DNA of 64,000 nucleotides from Bacillales bacterium (GTDB lineage Bacteria; Bacillota_I; Bacilli_A; Izemoplasmatales; UBA1188): NCBI GenBank assembly GCA_020633845.1, contig JACKCW010000002.1, positions 14,332 to 78,331 of the forward strand, read 5' to 3'. Shown piece by piece: positions 56,897 to 64,000 of this stretch (position 1 is its first letter; each line of letters starts with the position of its first letter). The notes under the pieces were generated by a model. It saw only the letters and a program-made list of their open reading frames with translations, ran no database searches and was not told where the DNA came from. The position numbers and the translations under genes were made by a program.

Positions 56897-56929
56897 AAGG
56901 GCACTACAAAGTAGTGTCCTTTTCTTTTT
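56897..56929 (+). terminator. Intrinsic terminator after the pullulanase gene
   Basis: An 11-bp stem AAGGGCACTAC / AAA / GTAGTGTCCTT followed by TTCTTTTT. It overlaps the 3' end of the convergent DMT gene. Confidence 0.7.
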
Positions 56930-57815
56930 GGCTTTTTCTTCTGTCTAGCACCAAGTTAAATATAAGTCCGAGAAGGGTTAAAACGGCGCCTATCGTTAGA
57001 TACAAAGAGAAGGTTTGTCCTATGACCAAGTCAATAAAAATACCAGTAAATACCTGCCCCACAAAAAGGAGAAGAGTCGCATAAAGCGAATCAATTTTAT
57101 TGAAGGTCATGTTGGTAAGCACAATCACAAATGCCCCTAAAATACCGCCGGCATAAATCCATACGTCACTCGAAAATGTAATTCCGTTTGTAAAAATCAT
57201 CTCGTGGTTTTTAATGCCGAAAATCAAAAGACAAATAAGAGAAACGACAAAACCGGTCAAGTAATTAAGTGTTGTCGAATTCGATAAACTGGTTTTATCG
57301 GAGAGAGTCGCATTCATCGCTCTGGATACGTTTACCGTAACGCCTGATAGAAGCGACACAACTATTGAGACAATCATTGAAGCATCAAATTCAAACGGAT
57401 AAAGCATCGCAGAAATACCGATGAAGACAATCAAAAGTCCGATGATTTTAAATGGTCTGAACTTCCTTTTGGGCATGCCAAACCAGCCAAACTTATCTAA
57501 AAAAAGCGAAGTAATAGCTTGTCCAAAAAGGGATAAGGCCAAGATGGCAGAGATTGATATTTTTCCAAATGCCAGATTATTGAAAATAGTGGTAAGAAAA
57601 CCGACAGAACCGCCTAAATACAGAAAGAAAGGTAGTTTTTTAAATCTGAATAATTTTTCTTTTTTAATCAAGGTTATAACGATTGAGGTCAGCAGCCCAA
57701 ATAAATGAGTTATAAACGTGGCCGTATAAAGCCCGTAAAACGAGGTGAGCGACCCGTTAAACTGAACCATAACCGCAATAATTATACCTGCAATTATTGC
57801 GAATAAATAAAACAT
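56904..57815 (-). CDS. DMT-superfamily membrane protein (duplicated YdcZ/DUF606-like)
   Basis: Ten TM helices in two homologous halves; N-terminus AIIAGIIIAVMVQFNGSL. Confidence 0.6.
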   Translation of the reverse strand: MFYLFAIIAGIIIAVMVQFNGSLTSFYGLYTATFITHLFGLLTSIVITLIKKEKLFRFKKLPFFLYLGGSVGFLTTIFNNLAFGKISISAILALSLFGQAITSLFLDKFGWFGMPKRKFRPFKIIGLLIVFIGISAMLYPFEFDASMIVSIVVSLLSGVTVNVSRAMNATLSDKTSLSNSTTLNYLTGFVVSLICLLIFGIKNHEMIFTNGITFSSDVWIYAGGILGAFVIVLTNMTFNKIDSLYATLLLFVGQVFTGIFIDLVIGQTFSLYLTIGAVLTLLGLIFNLVLDRRKSQKEKDTTL

Positions 57816-57828
57816 AATTTTCCCTATA

Positions 57829-59172
57829 TTAATCTAAAGAAGGGTAAACCGCTTCATTATAATAATCGGTTAAATTAACTTCTTCTTTTCCTTTCTCGGA
57901 AACGTATTTATCCTGATAGTAATTCTCGTGAGTTTCAGTAAAATCTCCTGATGATGATATGTTTATTACCGTCAATCCTCTTTGAAGACCGTATTGATCA
58001 ATGCCGCTATACGCTAAATAATCAACGGAATACCCATAAGACAAAAGGACACCCTGATAATCAATTTGGAAATTGTTGAGATGATCATGACCGCAGAAAA
58101 TTGCTTCTAAAGATCCGGTCGTTTTGATTGTTTCAAATAAGTCGTCTTCCTGATTAGGAGAAACCGGATTTTCCGCTAGCACATTATATCCTCCATACCA
58201 AATATAAGGTTCGTCTTTCTCGTCCATCACGCCACCGATATAATGAGAGTCGGCTGTATCAAGAAAATCATTGGCCTTTAATTCTTCGTAAGCCGTTTTA
58301 AATTCTCCGGTCGGAATATGAATGAAAAGAAGACTTTTCACTGTGGTGAAATTATCTAAATCATCCGGCTTTTCTGTGTCTGTCATAGTCGATAAGATTT
58401 GGTTGTTGTATGAAGAAAGTGAAATAATTGTATTTTTCATCCAATTGACTTGGTCTTGATGAATTATATCATACTGCCAGTTAAGCACAGCATTTATACT
58501 TCCGTTTATATAGGAATTTGAATCAAGCATAAAAAGCGCTTTAGAAATCAATCCGTCGGTTCTTTTTACTAGAATAACTTGGTTGGATTCCCCAGTGATA
58601 TCGGTTACGCTTTCTTTATAAAGACAATGCGTCCATTTATCTTTAGAATACAATTCGGCAAGCGCTTCTCGGTTGTAATAATCAAATACTTCGCTGTCAT
58701 GATTTCCGAAGGTAGTTGTATAGTAACAGCCAAGTTGTTCATTCATCAAAATAAAAGTCTTTGATACCATTCTATTATTAATGGTCCCCGATGTCTGCGG
58801 TACGGCAAACACATTGTCTCCCGTATAAATAACTAGATCCGGTTTTTCCGTCTGAATCATCGTCATTACACAATTGATGGCTTCCTTATCTTTATTGTAT
58901 GAAAGGAATCCTCCGCCTAAATGTACATCGGTTATTTGTAAAACTTTTAAGTCGTCATCGGTAGTAAATACATAGTATCCGTTTTCGTCCAAAGTGGGAA
59001 CCAAGCGGTCAGAATCGTATTCAACTGCACTAAAAGATTTAATATAAGCTCTTAAGCTCCAGTTTAAGCAATGGTTGACAAAGCCAATCAAAACGAAAAA
59101 GAGCATTAAACCTCCCAGTATGTAAAGAGGAATTTTCCAACCCAACCCTCTTTTTTTCTTTTTTTCTTTCAT
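57829..59172 (-). CDS. Membrane-anchored metallophosphoesterase
   Basis: An N-terminal TM helix and the calcineurin-like motifs ITDVHLG, TGDNVF, GNHD and GHDH. I prefer the start MKEKKKK (AAGGAG SD) to the ORF-track TTG. Confidence 0.8.
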   Translation of the reverse strand: MKEKKKKRGLGWKIPLYILGGLMLFFVLIGFVNHCLNWSLRAYIKSFSAVEYDSDRLVPTLDENGYYVFTTDDDLKVLQITDVHLGGGFLSYNKDKEAINCVMTMIQTEKPDLVIYTGDNVFAVPQTSGTINNRMVSKTFILMNEQLGCYYTTTFGNHDSEVFDYYNREALAELYSKDKWTHCLYKESVTDITGESNQVILVKRTDGLISKALFMLDSNSYINGSINAVLNWQYDIIHQDQVNWMKNTIISLSSYNNQILSTMTDTEKPDDLDNFTTVKSLLFIHIPTGEFKTAYEELKANDFLDTADSHYIGGVMDEKDEPYIWYGGYNVLAENPVSPNQEDDLFETIKTTGSLEAIFCGHDHLNNFQIDYQGVLLSYGYSVDYLAYSGIDQYGLQRGLTVINISSSGDFTETHENYYQDKYVSEKGKEEVNLTDYYNEAVYPSLD

Positions 59173-59189
59173 TGTTTCTCCTTTCAAAT

Positions 59190-60758
59190 TTATCTTTTAT
59201 TCCATTTTTTATATTCTAGGTTAGAAGGATGATCTTTATTTAAAAAAGATTTCCAAAGTCTTGATGAGGTCTTTTGCAGATAACACTCTTTAGGAGCGTA
59301 GTTCACGTCAATTATATCTAATCTTTTAAGTGATGAATCCAAGCGATAAAGAAAATCGTTGTAATTCTTTTCTTTAGGAGCGGTCCAACCGCTTTCCGCT
59401 ACCGCTATCGCTCTTGGAAAAACCTGAAAATCCAGCCTTTTTCTATCGGCGACCCATTCGGTCCATATCGGAGTTTCAACCCCGATAATGTTCTCTTTAG
59501 CCTCTCCTTCAAGTTCATCAAAATAAGGATTATATTCATAGGTTTCTTCAAGAGAAAAAAGCGGATATGTGTAGTCTAGGTAGTATTTTTGAAACGGAGA
59601 GGCAATCACTTTAGTTCCCTTCTTTATTGCCTCTAACACTTCATTTTTATTTTTGGAAATCCAATACTGTACCGTCACATTATCGGATAAAGAAGGATTT
59701 AAGGCTTCATTCCAGACCCTTATATTCATCCCTTCTTTAGAAAGAATAAAAGATAATCTGTCAGTAAAGTAGTTTTGTAAATCCTTTACATCTTTAATGT
59801 TTTCCTCTTCCATCAGCTTAAGGCATTTGGGACATTTCTTATACCTTGTAGTCGGACATTCGTCACCGCCAATATGAAAAGAGGAAGACGGGAAAAGTTT
59901 TTTTACTTCTCTGATAAGATCAACCGCAAAAAGAATGGCGTCCTCATTTCCGATACAAAGAACTTCCTTGCTGATGCCCCATTCTTTTCTTACATCTATC
60001 TTTTGATTCAAACAAGAATACTCGCGATAGGCGGCTAAAACTGCCTGGATATGCCCTGGTACATCTATTTCCGGAATCACTTCGACAAATCTCTTGGAAG
60101 CATAATCGACTATTTCCTTAATGTCAGTTTCGGTGTAATAGCCTTCATGAACAATCTTGTCGACCTTTATGGTGTTTTTCAAAAAAGCCCCCTGATACTC
60201 TGAACCGGATCTTTTGGTACTGATTTCTTTTAGAAGAGGATATTTTTTGATGTCCAGTCTAAATCCTTGATCATCAGATAAATGCAAATGAAGAGCATTA
60301 AACTTGTATAATGAAATTAGATCAATCATTCTTTTTATTTCATTTTTATCAAAAAAATGACGGGCAACATCAAACATAAAACCACGGTATTTGAACTCGG
60401 GTTTATCGTTTATTTCGGTGGCACTAACATTCATCCCGTTTTTGATTCCGGCTTTTTCAACCTCTCTTGGAAGCAGTTGTCTTAAAGATACCGAACCATA
60501 AAAAGCTCCTTTATCAAAGGAAGCTTTGATGATAATTCTTTCTTCCGTGATTTTAAGTGAATATTCTTCTTCTTCCATCCCCTCGACTTTTTCAAGAGAA
60601 ATTCTGCCTTTTGATTTCACGTCCAGGTGAAGAAAGTCGCAAAGGTATTCGATAGTAATCGGGAAGGCTTTATTATTCGCTATTGATTCATTTTCAAAAA
60701 CGAATGATCCTTCTATAGGAAATTCTTGATATACTTTTGGAATAATTGGAACCGGCAT
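59190..60758 (-). CDS. GH20 beta-N-acetylhexosaminidase (no signal peptide)
   Basis: HLHLSDDQGFR and HIGGDE catalytic motifs. Confidence 0.88.
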   Translation of the reverse strand: MPVPIIPKVYQEFPIEGSFVFENESIANNKAFPITIEYLCDFLHLDVKSKGRISLEKVEGMEEEEYSLKITEERIIIKASFDKGAFYGSVSLRQLLPREVEKAGIKNGMNVSATEINDKPEFKYRGFMFDVARHFFDKNEIKRMIDLISLYKFNALHLHLSDDQGFRLDIKKYPLLKEISTKRSGSEYQGAFLKNTIKVDKIVHEGYYTETDIKEIVDYASKRFVEVIPEIDVPGHIQAVLAAYREYSCLNQKIDVRKEWGISKEVLCIGNEDAILFAVDLIREVKKLFPSSSFHIGGDECPTTRYKKCPKCLKLMEEENIKDVKDLQNYFTDRLSFILSKEGMNIRVWNEALNPSLSDNVTVQYWISKNKNEVLEAIKKGTKVIASPFQKYYLDYTYPLFSLEETYEYNPYFDELEGEAKENIIGVETPIWTEWVADRKRLDFQVFPRAIAVAESGWTAPKEKNYNDFLYRLDSSLKRLDIIDVNYAPKECYLQKTSSRLWKSFLNKDHPSNLEYKKWNKR

Positions 60759-60773
60759 AATATTACCCTCTTT

Positions 60774-61316
60774 TTACTCGGTTCTGTCTCCGAATTTGGT
60801 TGTATAAAGATTAATTGATTTTTCGATGATTTTAATTGCTTCTTCTCTTCCTTGAACTTCGTCAACTATAGTAGTTTTTCCTTCCAGCGTTTTGTAAACC
60901 GAGAAAAAATGCCTTATTTCTTCAAAGATATGTGAAGGCAGTTCGGTAATATTATGGTATGAGTTATATGTGGGATCGGCAAAAGGAATCGAAATTATTT
61001 TTTCATCCATTTTTCCGTTATCTAGCATTTTTATAACTCCTATCGGATAACATCTTACCATTACGAGCGGGTCTAAACCTTCTGATGAAATAACCAGACA
61101 GTCAAGCGGGTCTCCGTCTTCCGCAAAGGTTTTGGGAATAAATCCGTAGTTTGCCGGATAATGGGTTGACGTATAAAGTACTCGATCTAAAATAAGATAT
61201 CCCGAGGCCTTGTCCAATTCATATTTTTTCTTGCTGCCTTTAGGGATTTCTATTACCGCGATAAAATCTTCGGGATTAATCCTTTTCTTTTCTATTGAAT
61301 GCCAAATGTTTGCCAT
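60774..61316 (-). CDS. ppa: Inorganic pyrophosphatase, family I
   Basis: IEIPKGSKKKYE, YPANYGFIP.T..EDGDPLD motifs; 180 aa. Confidence 0.9.
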   Translation of the reverse strand: MANIWHSIEKKRINPEDFIAVIEIPKGSKKKYELDKASGYLILDRVLYTSTHYPANYGFIPKTFAEDGDPLDCLVISSEGLDPLVMVRCYPIGVIKMLDNGKMDEKIISIPFADPTYNSYHNITELPSHIFEEIRHFFSVYKTLEGKTTIVDEVQGREEAIKIIEKSINLYTTKFGDRTE

Positions 61317-61387
61317 GTTTTACCTCTCTATACAAAAGATTATATTTTATATAATCATGAAAGTCAAAGGCAACTTAAGCACTTTAT

Positions 61388-61416
61388 TTGTCTTATACCC
61401 CCCTAGGGTATATAAT
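61388..61416 (+). promoter_or_regulatory. cop operon promoter (TTGTCT-17-TATAAT) with a CsoR-type operator ATACCCCCCTAGGGTAT
   Basis: A GC-tract pseudo-palindrome at 61395..61411 fills the spacer and abuts the -10. Confidence 0.65.
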
Positions 61417-61436
61417 TAAGTCAAAAGAGGTATATT

Positions 61437-61736
61437 ATGGAAAAAGAAACGTGCTGTTCATATAAAAAGAAAAGTCGGTCGGAAGAAGAAAAAAAGAATC
61501 TTCTTTCGAGACTCAATCGTATTGAAGGCCAAGTCGGGGGGATTAAAAGAATGATTGAAGACGATCGTTACTGCGACGATGTTCTTATTCAATTATCCGC
61601 TGTCGATAAGGCTATTAAAAGTTTTGCCGGACTTCTATTAGATCTTCACATGCACTCGTGCGTCATTGAAGGAGTTCAAAAGGGCGACCTGGAAGTAATA
61701 GACGAGATGGTCGATTTATTTAAAAGGTTTCAATAA
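61437..61736 (+). CDS. csoR: Copper-sensing repressor CsoR
   Basis: LSRLNRIEGQVGGIKRMIEDDRYCDDVLIQLSAV...H..C, the CsoR/RcnR W-X-Y-Z fingerprint with its Cys/His/Cys residues. Confidence 0.88.
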   Translation: MEKETCCSYKKKSRSEEEKKNLLSRLNRIEGQVGGIKRMIEDDRYCDDVLIQLSAVDKAIKSFAGLLLDLHMHSCVIEGVQKGDLEVIDEMVDLFKRFQ

Positions 61737-63988
61737 TGAAAAAAGAATTATACGACATTACCGGAATGTCTTGTGCATCTTGCCAGGTAAGAGTTCAAAC
61801 TGCCTTAGAAAAAGTTGAAGGCGTAAAAGAAGTGAATGTCAATCTTCTTTCCAATTCCATGTCCGTCGTCTATGATGAAAGCAAGATTGAGAAAAAAAAT
61901 ATAATAAAATCGGTAAAAGCGGTTGGTTACGGCGCTTCGTTAAGAGAAGAAGACAAAGACCCAAGGGATAACAATCAAAAGATAAAAAAAGTGATGGGAA
62001 GAAGGCTAATTTTGTCAGTCTTCTTTTGGATTCCGCTTTTCTATCTTTCTATGGGCAAAATGTTATCTTTTCCTATTCCTTCATTTCTCAGTAGCAGTGA
62101 AAATACACTTTTACTAATGTCTATTATCGGGATGTTATCATTAATAATTGTTATTATTAATTTCAACTATTTCATCAGCGGAACTAAAGCTCTTTTTCAT
62201 CTATCGCCAAACATGGATTCCTTGGTCGCAACCGGGGCCGGCGTTTCTTTTATATATTCTTTATACCAAACCGTAAGAATTGTTATTTATAGTATAAATC
62301 AAGATTATTCATCGGCCGCCAGCCTTTCTTCTTCGGTTTTCTTTGAAAGTTCGGGAACTATCCTAACTTTAATCACTCTTGGTAAATACATTGAAACTCT
62401 CGCCAAAAACAAAACAGGAAATCAAATAGAAAAACTATTAAGACTTTCACCAAAAACGGCAGTGATTCTTAAGGACGATAAGGAAAGCACTATTAATATT
62501 GAAGATGTAAAAATTGGTGATCTAGTTGTGGTAAAGCCGGGACAAATTGTTCCAGTCGACGGCTTAATCGTTAGCGGATCTTCTTCACTAGATGAATCAT
62601 CGATAACCGGAGAAAGTATGCCAAAAGATAAAACTGCTGGCGACATAGTCACCTCTTCTTCTTTGAACCTAAACGGCGCCTTCGTATTTAAAGCCACAAA
62701 AGTTGGAAAAGATACAACGATAAATCAAATTATAGCGCTTGTGGAAGAGGCCGCTTCTTCCAAAGCTCCGATCTCTAAAATAGCCGATAAAGTATCAAAA
62801 ATATTTGTCCCTATCGTTTTCTTAATCTCTGTCTTAACTTTCGCCCTATGGATTTCATTCACTCATAATTTTGATTCCTCGCTAAACTATGCAATAAGCG
62901 TTCTTGTCATATCTTGTCCTTGTGCTTTGGGACTGGCGACTCCAGTCGCCATCATGGTCGCAACCGGAAAATCTGCCTCAATCGGCGTGTTATATAAAAA
63001 CGCCGAAATTTTAGAATATAACGGCGGAGTCGATGTCGTCCTTTTAGATAAGACCGGCACTATTACGGAAGGTGTTCTAGAAGTCACCGATATAAAAGAA
63101 ATAGACGCTAAAAAAGAGGAAATAATGTCTACTCTATCTTCTTTAGAAAATTATTCCGAACATCCTCTCGGAAAGGCTATCATAAAGAAGGCAAAAGACG
63201 ACAATATTATTTTTTATCCTGTTTCTAGCTTTTCTTATATCCCGGGTAAAGGAATTGCCGGTACTATAGATAGTAAACAATATTTCGCCGGTAATTTGAG
63301 TTATTTTAAAGAATTATACAGAGGAAATGCTGATATATCAAAAGAGATAGAAGCTTTTTCTAAGAATGGAAAAACTTCATTAATTGTTTTTAGCGAAAAT
63401 AGTATTTTAGGAATAGTTGCCTTAAGAGATAAAATAAAAGACAGAAGCAAAGAAGCAATCTTAAATCTTAAAAAAATGAATATTAAAACAATTATTCTTT
63501 CCGGTGATAATAAGGAAACTGCCGAAGCCGTGAGACTTGAAATTGGCGCTGACGAGGCGATTGGCGAAGTATTACCGAAAGATAAAGGCGAGGTTGTAAA
63601 AAGATATCAAAAGGAAGGTTCGGTTATGATGGTCGGAGACGGTGTAAACGATGCATTAGCCTTATCCCTTTCTGATATCGGCGTCGCGATGGGAGATGGA
63701 AGTGATATTGCGATAGATTCAGCCGACATTGTTATATCAGGCGGAGAATTAAGCAGTGTCGTAGACTCAATCAAAATGAGTAAAAAAGCCTTATCCAATA
63801 TAAAATCGAGTTTGTTTTGGGCCTTCTTTTATAATACTCTTGCGATACCGCTTGCATCTGGCGCCTTCGCTTTCATAGGGATTTTCCTTACTCCGTCCAT
63901 TGCCGCATTATGTATGAGTTTTTCCAGCATTACCGTAGTACTTAACGCATTAAGATTAAATTTATTTAAAAGGAGTGAAACTAAATGA
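61736..63988 (+). CDS. copA: Copper-translocating P1B-type ATPase
   Basis: N-terminal HMA GMSCASC, TM CPC motif (SCPCAL), DKTGTIT and GDGVNDA. Confidence 0.92.
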   Translation: MKKELYDITGMSCASCQVRVQTALEKVEGVKEVNVNLLSNSMSVVYDESKIEKKNIIKSVKAVGYGASLREEDKDPRDNNQKIKKVMGRRLILSVFFWIPLFYLSMGKMLSFPIPSFLSSSENTLLLMSIIGMLSLIIVIINFNYFISGTKALFHLSPNMDSLVATGAGVSFIYSLYQTVRIVIYSINQDYSSAASLSSSVFFESSGTILTLITLGKYIETLAKNKTGNQIEKLLRLSPKTAVILKDDKESTINIEDVKIGDLVVVKPGQIVPVDGLIVSGSSSLDESSITGESMPKDKTAGDIVTSSSLNLNGAFVFKATKVGKDTTINQIIALVEEAASSKAPISKIADKVSKIFVPIVFLISVLTFALWISFTHNFDSSLNYAISVLVISCPCALGLATPVAIMVATGKSASIGVLYKNAEILEYNGGVDVVLLDKTGTITEGVLEVTDIKEIDAKKEEIMSTLSSLENYSEHPLGKAIIKKAKDDNIIFYPVSSFSYIPGKGIAGTIDSKQYFAGNLSYFKELYRGNADISKEIEAFSKNGKTSLIVFSENSILGIVALRDKIKDRSKEAILNLKKMNIKTIILSGDNKETAEAVRLEIGADEAIGEVLPKDKGEVVKRYQKEGSVMMVGDGVNDALALSLSDIGVAMGDGSDIAIDSADIVISGGELSSVVDSIKMSKKALSNIKSSLFWAFFYNTLAIPLASGAFAFIGIFLTPSIAALCMSFSSITVVLNALRLNLFKRSETK

Positions 63989-64000
63989 TTGAAAAAACAG
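63985..64000 (+). CDS. Start of a further ORF (MIEKT...) overlapping the copA stop by ATGA; possibly a copper chaperone
   Basis: Only 16 nt are visible. The call rests on the ATGA coupling and the usual csoR-copA-copZ order. Confidence 0.25.

Noticed and set aside
1-64000. Mobile elements, prophage, CRISPR arrays, and tRNA or rRNA genes.
   Set aside because: I recognised no transposase, integrase or phage-like proteins, no short regularly spaced repeats, and no tRNA-like or rRNA-like sequence in the intergenic regions I read. The only large repeat is the 713-bp tandem duplication.

Overview
AT-rich chromosomal segment that uses the standard genetic code (TGA is a stop, e.g. at the ends of copA and the P-type ATPase). 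About 70 genes, mostly on the minus strand and tightly packed. The gene content suggests a low-GC Bacillota/Mycoplasmatota-type organism (Acholeplasma- or Erysipelotrichia-like): many lipoproteins, a family I pyrophosphatase, a FakA-type fatty acid kinase and BMP-family nucleoside uptake. This placement is inference only. Order of content: trmL (partial), DEAD-box helicase, ispH, tlyA-dxs-xseBA-nusB, potABCD, lipid kinase, pyk, an uncharacterised 4-gene secreted-protein/ABC cassette, mnmA-nadE-nadD, a BcrR-like membrane HTH regulator divergent from a GT8/acyltransferase/CrtO-like cluster, SPFH-NfeD, a J-domain/LRR membrane protein, an S9 peptidase, fakA with a TPR-like gene, TetR, a COG2984/4120/1101 ABC importer, a P-type ATPase, gpmA, a split chrA pair, an MFS transporter, a BMP-family nucleoside ABC system, a malEFG/amylase/pullulanase starch locus, a DMT protein, a metallophosphoesterase, a GH20 hexosaminidase, ppa and csoR-copA. 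I saw no rRNA, tRNA, CRISPR array, transposase or integrase. Items found by hand that the ORF track does not show: (1) a 22-codon leader ORF (MNIKSAKSCQYYYFYYYYPSNL) whose Tyr/Phe codon run is copied into a terminator/antiterminator upstream of the ABC importer, which I read as a ribosome-mediated tyrosine attenuator; (2) a yybP-ykoY (Mn2+) riboswitch in front of the P-type ATPase; (3) a 713-bp tandem duplication (about 2.2 units) that creates extra lipoprotein genes carrying the N-terminal CBM-like domain of the BMP lipoprotein; (4) a small secreted beta-rich protein with an aerolysin/ETX-MTX2-like amphipathic hairpin in the ABC cassette; (5) several operators, promoters and terminators. All functional calls rest on motif recognition by eye. 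No database search was run.
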